From Lama guanicoe (taxonomy: Eukaryota), in assembly GCA_013239625.1 (NCBI GenBank), contig MU056000.1, positions 11,669,175 through 11,733,174 of the forward strand: a stretch of 64,000 nucleotides of DNA, given 5' to 3'. This document shows, piece by piece, positions 13,606 through 26,445 of the stretch. Within the stretch, counting starts at the first letter, position 1, and the number at the start of each line of letters is the position of its first letter. Under the pieces are notes generated by a model. That model was given only the letters and a program-made list of their open reading frames with translations, was not told where the DNA came from and searched no databases. Both the position numbers and the translations under genes were made by a program.

Positions 13606-13997
13606 CTGCTCGGCGCCCTGGAAGCAGATCTTGCAGATGGGCTGGTGGTGCTGGTGCTGGTGCCCGGCGCGCTGATCTCCACCGCCGCTGCTGCTGCTGC
13701 GGCTGCTACATACCGAGCGCGTCTCGGGCTGGTCGCCGGCGCCCCTCCGCTCGCCCTCCCCGCCCGCGCCGGCCTCAGCCTGCCCCGGGTCGCCCTTCCC
13801 AGCTGCCGCCTCAGGGACAGCCGCCTCCGGAAGGCGCCTCGGACCTTCCGCGAAGTCGCCAGCCGCCGACACCTCCTGCCCCGCCGGCGGCAGGGGCAGC
13901 GGCGGCGGCTGCGGCAGCTCCTCCGCGCCCCTGTGCCGCGGGACCACCTCGGCTGGCGGCTCGCCGTGCCCCTCCGGGCGCTCGGGGGACGCGGGCG
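13606..13997 (-). CDS. MARCHF11: MARCHF11 coding exon 1, partial (5' end and ATG lie in the N gap); Pro/Gly/Ala-rich N-terminus and start of the RING-CH domain
   Basis: Minus-strand translation PASPERPEG...[41 protein letters not shown] matches the MARCH11 N-terminus as I recall it. It ends at a canonical phase-0 donor CAG|GTAAGG (GT = 13605-13604). Confidence 0.95.
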
Positions 13998-14483
13998 NNN
14001 NNNNNNNNNNNNNNNNNNNNNNNNNNNNNNNNNNNNNNNNNNNNNNNNNNNNNNNNNNNNNNNNNNNNNNNNNNNNNNNNNNNNNNNNNNNNNNNNNNNN
14101 NNNNNNNNNNNNNNNNNNNNNNNNNNNNNNNNNNNNNNNNNNNNNNNNNNNNNNNNNNNNNNNNNNNNNNNNNNNNNNNNNNNNNNNNNNNNNNNNNNNN
14201 NNNNNNNNNNNNNNNNNNNNNNNNNNNNNNNNNNNNNNNNNNNNNNNNNNNNNNNNNNNNNNNNNNNNNNNNNNNNNNNNNNNNNNNNNNNNNNNNNNNN
14301 NNNNNNNNNNNNNNNNNNNNNNNNNNNNNNNNNNNNNNNNNNNNNNNNNNNNNNNNNNNNNNNNNNNNNNNNNNNNNNNNNNNNNNNNNNNNNNNNNNNN
14401 NNNNNNNNNNNNNNNNNNNNNNNNNNNNNNNNNNNNNNNNNNNNNNNNNNNNNNNNNNNNNNNNNNNNNNNNNNNNNNNNNNN
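13998..14483. other. Assembly gap (486 N) covering the MARCHF11 start codon
   Basis: Run of N inside the GC-richest part of the island. Confidence 0.99.
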
Positions 14484-15439
14484 TGTGCAGGGGGCGGGTG
14501 CAAACCCCGGGTGAGGTGCGGAGACGACGAGCGGAACTGGGAGGTGGGGGGAATCCCTCGGCCGCCTCCACCGACCCCGCCCCGGGGCCGCTCACGTCGG
14601 TTCCGGGGCGGATTGCCCCTCTCCTGACCGCGCGGCACTGCGGCTCTCGGGAGTTGGACGGTGGGGGAGGGGTTGGAGGTCGCGGGTCCAGAAACCGTTA
14701 CTGGGTGGACAAGGGGGAGGCGGCGGCGCTGGGCAGGATGGGGCCGGGATGATGGAAGCCAAGACCCGCGTGGGAGCGGGGTTAGCGAGCCTGGTGCCCC
14801 GGGCGCACCCGAGCCGGCTAACCCTCGGCAAGGAAAAGAGCGCGCCGGGCGCTGGGGACCAACTGACGCTCCCAGTTGATCGCTTCCAGCCCTCTGAGCC
14901 CTCTGCCTCAAGGGCCTTCTCACTGATCCTCTAGAGCCCCAAAAGCAGAAGCCTTTGGAACCTGCGTCCTCCCTCCGCCCTCCTCGCCCCCTCCCTCCTG
15001 CAGTGAGTATCCGGGTTTATTTGTAAATATTCTGGTGACGGGGTGGTTCCTCCTAGTGAACCATGGTGTCACGTCCTGTAGCGGCTTGTCACTTTCACCC
15101 TTGCCTTGTAAGAGGTGACTTACAACTCCTCTGCAGAAGTTGCTGCAACCTTGGATCTCAGTGTTTCGCACCCGGAAGCCAGGCAGTTTCTCTATAACTC
15201 CACTCTGCAAAACCTCTCTAGGACTCATCATCTGGCAGGGCAACAGTCCCCTCAGTTCTTTTCTAAAATAAGCTGGCCACCTTACCTGCAGAGAACTAGA
15301 TGGAAAACCGTGCAGTAGTTTCCAAATTCGTACACCGTAAAATCATAGAGCACTGGATTTATACACAGCAGTGTGTCTATCCAAATCACTGGTGATTTTC
15401 ACTAGTGTAACCCCTTGATGTCTTTGACACAACCAGCTC

Positions 15440-15570
15440 GCTCTTGGGGCGGTATTCTTGGCTGCATTTCAGAGCTGAAGAGCCAGGATCATATAGGCAA
15501 AGTAACTTGTTCAAGGTCACAGAACTATTAACAAAGAACTTTTGAGCTCTTGACTTCATATTTTCCCACT
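15440..15570 (-). mobile_element. MIR fragment
   Basis: aagtaacttgttcaaggtcacagaacta resembles the MIR core aagtaacttgcccaaggtcacacagcta. Confidence 0.55.
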
Positions 15571-17549
15571 CAAACATCAAATGATTATTTTTTTCCCAGA
15601 CCACCCTCCTGCCTCCTAAAACAATTTTGTAGTATGGTGTGTTTGATGTTCTTAAATGGCTGAGATAAACTACCAGCATAAATTAATTTTTCCATAATAC
15701 ATTTTGGCAGTAAGAAGTAAATCTGGTTTGAAAAAAAAGTCCAGCTTTTTTGACAGAAATTGGTTCCATTGGCAAGTAGAGAAAGAGGTAGTACAAAAGA
15801 AGTCAAGAAAGCTTTGTTACAAATGGCTCCTGATGAAATAGTTCCCAGGAATGTCTTCTAACACTTAGCGCTCTCAGGCTAGCTTATTTTTGGTAACAGA
15901 GTGGCAGGCAGCAAGCACATTTAAAAAAAAATAATAGTAATCCCTGAACGCCCTAGGAACTTATCGCATTGAAGAAATGTGGTTGTAGATAATGCTTTCA
16001 TTTTCAGTCTTCACCTGTCAAAATGACATTGCACAAGATTGTACATTGCCATAGTCTTAAGATAATCATAAGCCTTGATCTTAAATTCTTGAATTAAAAG
16101 GTGTCTAAATTTTTTTCTAAATCCCCTAAATAATTCAATTTACAACTAATACAGTTCTACCAAGTATGATAATGAACATTAGTATTTGAAGGACAGCATA
16201 AAAGCTGTCAGTTCTGGATAAACAATGCACAGTGACTCAGACAGCAAAATAACATGGATGGAAGAGGATACGGCCACAATGCTAGATGTGTCCTCTCAGC
16301 TGATTGTTTTTGAAAAGACACTCCAGTAAGAGAAAATTAACTGTCCTTGATATGGTGAGTAGCCACATAAAAATTATTTCCTAGCGTGTGTGACCGCCAA
16401 AGCTGACCTCTCCTTGAAAAAGGGAAACTAGTTTATGACCTTCAGTTAACTCAGTGAGTCTTCAATGGATCAAGGGAAAACACCTTTGTAACTGTGACTG
16501 CATCCTCTGCCATAAAGATATAGAACTGTTACTAGAGAACAGTGGGAACTCAGAAAGGATGACCCACTCTCAGCGGCTGGCACTCACGTGGAAGAGCTGA
16601 CCGAGAGACACAGACATCACATAAAGGACAACAGGGCGCCCGCAGCCACTGGCAGCCATCCGATAGCCTGCATGCACCCACCGACGGAAAAACGGATGAA
16701 GTGAGGCAATTCTATCAGTGTGAGTGAAGACCGAAAGGCACATCCAGCCTGCTTCAACCTACATAAATGGGAACGATATAAATAATACAACAAATGCTTG
16801 AAAAGCCTCCATTCTTTTGTCTCCCTTCTCCCCACCTGACCCACTCATACATGCACAGAGGGAAATGTCCCCTTTGCCAAAAGAGGTGTTTCATTATGAA
16901 CATGCAAACTCAGGAGTCTCTAGACTTGAATCCAAGGATGGAGGGGAGGTGGGAGGGCCCCAGGCAATTACGTCGCCAAAAGTTCTTTGGGGATCTTAGC
17001 AGGTATCTACAGAATATTTTCCTTGAACTTCCCTAATGACCACATCCTGGAGATGTCCCCTGAAGTCACCTCAGGGATATTAGGTAGAAAGCAATCCAGG
17101 CTACACTATGTCAGAGTTGTTTCAGAATGACCTTGAAGCTAGATTAGGTGTGATGACCTTGATTTGCCCTCCAATAGCAGGGTTAATAATAAGAGAGTTA
17201 TCCTGGAGAGCTCTTTAAAACTGCTTAATTTAAAATTGCTTAATCTCAACTCTTAGAGATGTTCCAAAATCGTTCCGTTGGTACTTTAGGGTGCACTCGT
17301 TAATCTCTGTGGCCACTGAGTACAAGACACAGAATTCTCAGTTGTCTTCAAGTATCCAAGAGAAAAGAAATTAAGCAAGGTTATGTAGTATGAGTGGGAG
17401 GGTGATTTGTAAAGAGGATAGTCAAATGCAGTCTGTCTGTTGTGAGCTCTTGGTGCAGAGTATTGCTTTGTTATACAGCAGAACTGAAGCAGTTTTGAAG
17501 TCAGCACCATATGACACAATGCCATGTGCAGAAAAGTCCACAATTTATA

Positions 17550-18545
17550 TGTCCTATTCTAACCTCAGCACTGCATTCCAGACTTCTGTGTCAAATCAAC
17601 TCTATGACTACACAACTTAGATATCTAAGAGCTGTTTCAAACTAACCCAGCCCAAAAGCAAACGACACCCTTAAACCTGCTTATTCCCTTCTTCGTTATG
17701 CCAATAAACCAGCTGCTCATTCATCCAGGTACTTAAGTCAAAATCCTTATCGTCATCCCTTGACTTTAATTATTCATATCATATATTTGGTCTGTCGAAA
17801 AATTCTTTCTAATGTGCTTTCAAAATATACTTCAAATTTTACTACTGCTTTTCAACTCTGCCCCCAGCATCTCAGCTCAAAACACCATGGTGCACCAGGG
17901 TCATCAAAATAGTCTCCCTGCTTCTTACTCTTGAATCTGCCCCCTACAGCAGCCAGGATGAGCCTAGTCAAATGTGAATCCAATCCGGCCATCCCCCTGC
18001 TCAGTACCCATCCACGGTTCCCATCACATTTGGTGCAATATCAAAAATCTGAGCATGTCCTACAAATCTTCAACCTAGCTCCTTGCTATGCCTATAAAGA
18101 CATCTCTATATCCTTTCCACCACTATCTCCCTGGTCCTCAGTATTCATTCCTACCACACTGACCTCCTAGCCCCTCCCCAGGTACGCTCCTTCCTTACTC
18201 TTCCTCCAGGTGTCACGGCGTATTTCCTTGCTTCACTCAGATCTCTGCTTGGAGGCACCTCATCAAAAAGACCTTCCTTAGCCTTCCTATCTGAAGTAGA
18301 ATCCTCCACTCCCATTTTATCTCTAACCTTTGCCCAGTTTTGCTCTTTTTCATACTGATTTACTTTTCAAAATGATATATTTACATATTGTGTGTATTTT
18401 GTTTGCTTTTTTTTTTCTCATTTAACATCTTCCTCTGGAACACTGGCTTGACTGGAGACTATTTCATTCGCTGCTCTGTCCCCAGTGCCTAGAACAGTGC
18501 CTGGTCAGAGTAGTGGTCAGTTAGTACTTATTGAATAATTATATG
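17550..18545 (+). mobile_element. L2 LINE 3' part
   Basis: Ends with ttcgctgctctgtccccagtgcctagaacagtgcctgg...ttattgaat, a typical L2 terminus. Confidence 0.8.
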
Positions 18546-21500
18546 AATAATTCAGGCAATCAAGCAGATAATTATCAATCAGTCTTGTGTTTAAGGCACT
18601 GTGCAGCTGGTGAAACCATAATTTCCAGGTGGGAATGCAATCTGTAGGACAAGGAAGGATGCAGTCACAGCATTTTGGTGCACACCATGCAATGCAATTA
18701 TTTTTCATTGCTTAACCAAATTAACTAAAATTATTCTGTTCTGTACTAAGAAGTAATTTGTATTCACTGACTAATTTGTCATTTCCTGCCATGTATAAGT
18801 GAAATTAAAGTCTTGGTTGACCTTGATCTCATGTTCAGTGAAGTCATCAGAAATTTGAAAATGCACACCATTGGTCTTAAGGGAAAGTGAAGGAGTGTGG
18901 GTGAATGGTCTCCATGTCTGACCGGTCTCACTGATCACCCATCGTGCTCCTCATTTGTTTATACTACACTGCATTCTAGCATCTGTCAGTTCTACCTGTA
19001 AGTTTGGTACCATACTTTCCTTCAACCTTTCTACCTTTGCCTCTTGCATCTCTCCACTCTCCCTTACCCCTGCTAGCTCTTCCACTCATAAAGGCTTCTG
19101 TATCGAAGCTGATGGGACAGTCCTCTCTCTACCCTTACTAGATGCCTTAATCCTCACCAACGTCCTTTGACCTGGCGTTTCTCTAAGAACTTGGTGAGAT
19201 CTGAAAGCACACAGATAACTAAACTCTGCATACAAGTACTATTGAAGTTATGAGATAGTTAGCTTCCTAATTCCTACCAAAAACACCTCCCCCAAAATGC
19301 TTTGAGACCTTCAGAACAATAAATGAACATCTTAAAGTCACGTTGGCTTTGTAAAGGATCATATTGAATTTTTAAATATTAGAAAATATAACCAAGCATT
19401 ACTTTTACCCTTAGTCTCCCTACCTTGAAACTGGGAAATGCAGAAGGGCATTTTACCTGACAGGTTGAAGGCACAGAAATATGCTGAATCACTGGGTACA
19501 CTGGATATCCTAAACCTGACTGACATCTGGAATGCAATTGAATCAGTGTGACCTGATAGGGCCACTCGAGCTTTAGAAAGCTCTCGAATAAAGCTGGCCC
19601 TGGCTCCCCTCAGCTCAAAATCTTCTATTTCTCTACCAAATTCACATATTAAAAATGGTTTTATGACCTCTATTGTATTATACCTTGCATTGTGGTTCAG
19701 TATTGACTTATATGTGTGTTTTTTTTTCCTCTTGTGTTAGATTGTAAGCTACTTGGACTTTGAACCTATCTGTTTAAGTGAATCTTTTATTTGCATATAC
19801 TGTAATGACTGAAATTAGTGAGAGCTCAATAAATGTGCACTAAATGAGTAAATATTAATACAAATCTCAATTCAAGAGAAATATTATTTACTTGTTAAAA
19901 GTTACCAATAGAGTTTCATACCAATAACAACTTAAAGGTATCTATGCTTCCATGAGATTTGGATGGACAGTGGTAAATTAGTTTATATACTAGACAGAGA
20001 CAAATCCTTGTATGAATAAAGGATTCAGAGTCCCTAAGACCAATCCAAGATTAATAAGTTCAGTAAAACACTGACTGTCCATTCTCTTCTCCTTTCCCCT
20101 GCCTACTCTCCCTCAGGATACTTAACTCACTCACCTGGGGCCTGATCAGTTTCACCACCATTCTGAGAAGAGTGGAGATGCAGCAAGAAACATGCAAGGA
20201 TGCTAGCTGGAGCTTGGCTTCAGTAGGGTACCAGCCTGAATCCTGATTGCTCTACCCAAAGAGTCCTGGAGTCTCTGATTTTTCCCCAGGGCTTCTGCCT
20301 AGATTAGGAACACTGGTCTGTTTTCCTTTGCCTTAGAAAAGTCCTTATTCAGACAAGAAGAGGAGACAATTTCATGTTTACCCCAAATCACAAATTTTAT
20401 ACCCCACCCCCAGTTCTACTTCAATCCATCAGACTTTAAAGTTTTCAGGAAAGGATCGTGATTGACTCAGTCTGCTTTGGTGAGCTGCTGACCAGTCACC
20501 GAAGTTACCTTCAGCCTAGTTACAGTTGTTACAGGTAAACAGCACCTCCTTAAAGGAAGAGAAATGTTCCCAGGGGAATGACTGCTTGACCGATACAAGT
20601 AGATGCCTGCTCTCCCCAGACTGTGGAATTTGACATCTAGCCCTTACACTTTACAGTACTTGTCAACTCTTTCCTCCCGTGCATCTGAAGTCCTGAACTT
20701 AGCCCTGCCCAGCTAAGCCAACAACATGAAACTGCTCACCAACAGATACAGAAATGCAAAACCATGAGTTATAAACCGCAGCTATCTGCAAGGTTTCTTA
20801 AATGCAGGAAGTTTTAAATAAGTGGGCATAACTTCATACAGTTAAAGAAGAATAAACTTTGATGTTATACGCATGAGCTCAATATGCTGGTGTGTGTCGG
20901 GGGTGGCTGAGGGAATGAGTGAACGATTGGGTAGGGGAATCCCACAAATAATGAGTGTCATCAAAGAGGGATTGAGTGCAAACCATGAAACACCATCTCT
21001 TTCTGAAAGTGACAATTTTTTTGGTAATGCATTTTGAGACATGGATGAACCTGACCTCAAAAAAGCCATATTCCAACTGAGAAGATAAGTACATATATAT
21101 AAACAAGTTACATAGACTAAGAGTTATAGTAGGAGGATTGAAGTGTTTAAGAAATACAAATATAGACAGTTCTGCATGAGAAAGATGATTCAACCTAAGA
21201 AAATGTTTCTCAGAGTGGGTCATTTGAGCTGGGCTTTGAAGGGTAGATAGGAGTGTGCCAGGTGTGCCTCATGTCAGCAACTAACCCAAGAGGATAGAGG
21301 AACTTCTGTAGATATCAGACTTCAGTGTGAGGACTATAGAGACAAGGACGGATGAGACAGGATATGATTCAAGGTCATAAAAAATGAAGATGGTGGTAAG
21401 TAGGATAAAAGTGAACCTACTATATACTGAAATACTAGAAGAGACGCATACTTTCTGTTGGAAAAATATCACTATAAGGCATCAAATGCAACCAGAACCA

Positions 21501-22376
21501 CCTCAGAACCAGGAAATAAACAAATCAGCCTCCAAAATCCACTGCAGCCCACCCTACGCACAACTGCATGAAAATCTATTCACAAATGCTTCCACTTTCC
21601 CGTCAGGTGAAACCACTAGATCTGTTTTATTTGATTTAAAATATAATCCTTATAAACATATTTACCTAATTTCTCTGTCCACAGCAAATTACAAATAACA
21701 AACTTGGAAATGTAGGCAGAAGAGCAGCTTCGGGAAGCAACAGCTAATGTTCTGCCCTCCTCGCACAGAATCAGACCCACTAATTTTAAAATCTCCTCAG
21801 GAAGAGTTCATTTAGAAGCAAACAGCTCTATGCACAGCGTAGAAAGCCGCTGGAGGTCTGTCTGCTTTTACACTTGCACAATCACTGGTACTTGTAATAA
21901 AGGATGTGAACATCCAAAGTTTACAGCCTGGACTGTGTGTGTTGATTAAGTAAAGCATGATAAGACATGCATTCATAAGATTCCCTTCCAATACGGTTAA
22001 TTACAAATTTTTACTAGTTGAAATAACCATTTGGGAAAGTTTCCTTATACTCCTCGGGGCAGCTCCACCCACCACCTTGGCCCTGCCCGGATTCAACCGC
22101 GCTGTTCCCTTGTGAGCATGCGCCGCTTGCGTCTCCCTCTTACTTGCTCCACCTGTCTTTCTCCAACCAGCAGATCACAAGTTACTTGAGGCCAGATCAT
22201 TTTTTTATATATAAAATTTATAGTTTGTCCCCAGTGCTTAGTAAAAATGCATTGATAAGTAATGGGTATTCAAAAAAGTGTTGTGAAATGAACAAGAGAA
22301 AAATGAAGTTTTTTCAACAGGTGGTTTCCCTATCTTGGCTATTGTGAATAGTGTTGTAATGGACACGAGAGTGCAG

Positions 22377-22725
22377 TGTTAAAAGATAGACTGAGGCCTG
22401 TTAAAAATTTTAAGAGCTTATTTGAGTAAAAATTGATTCAAATGGGGCACCATTCAATCTGACAGATGGAAAGGAGCTTCAAGGATCTGTGCAAAATGGA
22501 AGACTTTATAAGCAGAAGGGAGCAGGGACAGGGAAGTGATACCAGGTTAAAAAAAGTGGATTGGTTATTGCAAAGTTACTTTCCTTTAGGGGACGGCTGG
22601 GGGCTACCAGGCAGATTACCTGACTAGCGCTGATTAGGTGATCCCTGATGGGCTGGTTTAAAATTTCATTTCTGGAAGAGCTGAAGATATACTTAAGTCT
22701 TAATTTGGTGACATGGAGCTTAGCA
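22377..22725 (-). mobile_element. ERV1-type LTR fragment
   Basis: Begins TGTTAAAAG; has reverse-oriented TATA-like (tttataa) and CCAAT (attgg) motifs. Confidence 0.55.
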
Positions 22726-22892
22726 GGAAAAGACAGGGGATGGGGGTGTTATATGCCTGACCTTCTGAGATTGATATCATGAAATGTCATAATCACATGC
22801 TTTCAAAATTGTTTTTTGATGCTACTCGCAGAGAAAAAATAAGAGGAGTGGGGTGTGGGGTAGGCATCGAGAGGAGTAAGTATTGCATTCCC

Positions 22893-23351
22893 TGGTGGAA
22901 CATTAACCTAAAACAATAAAACAGCCAGTTATTTCACCAGCAGTTTATTCGGGAGCAGCAAAGAATTGCAATTCAGGATATGCAACTATGGAGAACCACA
23001 TGCAAGTCTGGTAAAGCAAAGGAGAGGAAATTCTTTTATAGAGCAGAAAGGGAAGTTGGAAGGAGCTGTTATAAATAAAAAGTTCATTAGAGGAAACCGG
23101 GGGTTTGAAGTGCAGTGGCTTTTCACTGGCTGAGTTGTGATCGTCTCTCATTGGCTGAGCTGTTGCCAGGCAAGGAGAAAATCTTTCTTCCTCCTGCTGG
23201 TGGTAGTAAAGTAATGTCACTTCCTGCCGGAGACACAGGTATGTCTCTTCCTATTGGGATCTATGTTGACGTCCAGTGGTACATGCATGACAGCTCTCCC
23301 TTCTAGTCTCCGATTCCATTTTAATGAGGTTTCCCTCTATTAATTTTCACA
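22893..23351 (-). mobile_element. ERV-type solo LTR
   Basis: TG...CA ends (…attaattttcaca); reverse polyA signal tttatt (~22943), tttata and cattgg motifs. Confidence 0.6.
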
Positions 23352-23483
23352 TCCTTATCTATACACTGACTGAAAAAAAAGAAATCCTGCTGTGAAAGGC
23401 CTATTCACTGTAATGCTTCAGAGAATAATTCATTCATAAATCATGATTGAAAACAGAAACACAAGCCTAAAACACCCTAACTC

Positions 23484-23711
23484 TGTGTTTCTCAGCAGGG
23501 AGGAACTTTGCCCCTTCTGCTCCCCATCTCCAGGGGCCACTTGTTCACGACTGGAGACCTTTTTTGTTATCACAACTAGTAGGGCACTGCTTCTGGCCTG
23601 GAGTTGGGTTGAGGCCAAGGATGCTGCTGAGTATTGTACAATACACAGAACAGCCCCCACAATAGGGTTATCTGGCCACAAACTTTAACAGTGCCAAGGT
23701 AGAGAACCCCC
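23484..23711 (+). mobile_element. MER20 (hAT-Charlie) DNA transposon
   Basis: ctggagac...tcacaact...gaggccaaggatgctgct...acagcccccacaa...ttatctggcc...agtgccaaggtagagaaccc matches the recalled MER20 consensus. Confidence 0.88.
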
Positions 23712-24452
23712 ACTCTGGCTAATAGTAGAATTTTCCTCAAGATCTGAGTAAAGGAGACATAGTTTTAAAGTTTTTTAAAGCAATGCTAAAAAGATAATAA
23801 TAAGCTGTACAAAGAAGGATTTTTTTCAGAATTAAAAAAAATGAAAGGTTAAATATCAGAATTTTTTTAAATTTTGGAAGAAATAGAAACAATTAAGAAA
23901 AGAGGACACTGTCCAAAGACTGATTGAATAGGTTATGCATTATACAAGAACATATGCTTAAAATAAATGTCTAATTTAAAATAGATTAAAGTAATGCATG
24001 GACATGAGGTAACTGGTGAGAGTCACTTTCTTTCAGCTTATTTTTTATCTTTTCCAAAGCTCAGTGAACAGACTTCCCACTGATTTCAAAGGATATTTTG
24101 ATTCTGAGATTAGCTTTATGGAAGTTAAAAATGAGACTTTAAAAATGATCGACTTCTGTTAATTTAGATTTTAAAACTCCCAAAATAAAAGGCATTCTAC
24201 TAAACAACAATAAATATTTTGATGACAGTGATGAGAATGATACCTGTATTTCTAGGAGAGGTGTTAATGATAATAAGAAAAAAGTCCAATGATTATTGAA
24301 AAGTGTTATCCTAATAAAGTGAGCTTAAAAACAAAAAGAGGCAAGAGAAATCCCCAATCATTAATGAGATCCTGTTAGCAACTCTTAAACAGACAAAAAG
24401 AAAACATTTAACATGATATTAATTACACTTTTCAAATGTTATCATTTATTTA

Positions 24453-24983
24453 TGAAGAGGAGCAGAATATGCCACCCCATAAGATGCCTCTTTGGTGTAG
24501 GGATTATCTTGAGCTGATTATTTTTAAGAAATATCAGACTTAGGGAAAGCTCTGAAAATGAAGAATTTACTCTTTGTAAAAGACATTTACATCTATAAGG
24601 GAGATCTCCGTTTGTAAGGGTGTTTCCCTCTCTGAACTAGGAAGCAAAGGATGATTCTAAATCTCTAGGAACTCTTCTCAGTCAAGAAGGCAATGATCTA
24701 ACCCTGCAAAGCAATCTTACTCTTGTTTACTATGCTTTTGACACCTCCAGTAACTGCAGCCCCCACCCCCAACATCTTTCTTTTGTCTTTAGCTGAAGAT
24801 GGTATTTAAGGTGGTGATTTGGGCCATTTCCAGGGAATTAGTTTTCCTGGATATCTCACCTGGGGACAGGAGTAAATGTGTCATTCTATTTCTGTTTGTT
24901 CTTCTCCTGCTAATCTTTTACTAGAGGGAGTTTTCAGCCAAGAACCTAGAAGGGTAGAGAGAAAATATTTTTTCTCCTCTACA
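24453..24983 (+). mobile_element. MER34-like ERV1 solo LTR
   Basis: TGAAGAGGAGCAGAATATGCCACCCC...GGATTATCTTGAGCTGA start and ...ttttctcctctaCA end. Confidence 0.8.
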
Positions 24984-25725
24984 TATTGTTATTCATTGAC
25001 CAATAGGAGGGGACATAAGGACCAAGAACACCCTTAATATAATGAGAACACCCTTAACATCATAAGAAATCTTCTCTACAAGCTAGTCTTCAGGAATGCA
25101 CACTTATCAGAAAGATTTTATTTAGTTAATTAACTAAACCTTCTAGTCCTCTCAAACATTATGGGAGTTCTACTTTACAGAGTATATTTTGATCTTTTTT
25201 TCCATACCCTTCTAAAATATACTTTTTAATGGCAAGATGGCACTATGTATTACATGGATGTCCCATTCATTTATTTTCTGCTAGTTTATTTTGGTTATTG
25301 CCTATTCTTTTCTCTTTTCTCTGTTTTGTGTATCTTTGTGTTTTGTTTTGTTTTGTTATTTTTGTGGGAGAAGGGAAGGGCAAGGGCTGTTATCAATAAT
25401 GTTTGTATATGCATCAATACAGACATTTATCTTTGCATTTTTCTATTTATTTCCTAAAGAAAAAAAATCACTAAAGTAGAATCCATGAGCCAAGCAGTAC
25501 AAAACTGAAGCCGCAGTGGAATTAAACAGTACAAGTGTAAAACCAAGCTGCAGTTACTTTTTTGAAACACCAAAATAAATGAGTGCTCATTTTCAGATGG
25601 TTACACTGTTAACTCCATACTAACACTTACAATGTTATGACTGCTGTCCCCCAGGGCTCAGGCTGCCTTTGCTCTTAATGCATTTGCTTGCGACATGACC
25701 AGATCTATTATGTCCTTAATGTCTA

Positions 25726-26090
<365 letters not shown>

Positions 26091-26326
26091 CTTTCTCTTC
26101 CTTCCTTCCTTCTTTCCTTCCTTCCTTCCTTCCTTCCTTCCTTCCTTCCTTCCTTCCTTCCTTTCTTCCTTCCTTCCTTTCTTCCTTCCTTCCTTCCTTC
26201 CTTCCTACCTTCCCTTCCTTCCTTCCTTTCTTTCTTCCCTCCTTTCTTCCTTTCTTCCTTTCTCTTTCTCTTTTCCTTCCTTCATTCCTTCCTTCCTCCC
26301 TCCCTCTTTTCCTTCCTTCCTTCCTT
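26091..26326. repeat. (TTCC)n / pyrimidine-rich microsatellite
   Basis: Directly visible imperfect TTCC array. Confidence 0.97.
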
Positions 26327-26445
26327 GTTATTGAAGAATAGTTCATTTACAATATTAGTTTAGGTGTATAACATAGTGATTCAATATTTCTATAGATTAT
26401 ATTCCATTTAAAGTAGTTATAACATATTGGCTATATTCCATGTTT
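26327..26445 (-). mobile_element. Short L1 3' end
   Basis: tattgaagaatagtt...ttaggtgtataacatagtgattc...ttggctatattcc. Confidence 0.8.

Larger units (their letters stand above)
13480..15180. promoter_or_regulatory. CpG island / MARCHF11 promoter and first exon
   Basis: Very GC- and CpG-rich against an AT-rich background. GC boxes GGGGCGGG (~14491) and CCCCGCCCC (14575-14583). The exact TSS cannot be placed because of the gap. Confidence 0.9.

Noticed and set aside
13501..14923. Long ORFs 13501..14514 (+) and 13811..14923 (-) overlapping exon 1
   Set aside because: Their length comes from stop-free N codons and GC richness; they are shadow frames of the real exon.
19568..19583. Small palindrome gagcttt-ag-aaagctc
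   Set aside because: 7-bp arms are expected by chance in 64 kb.
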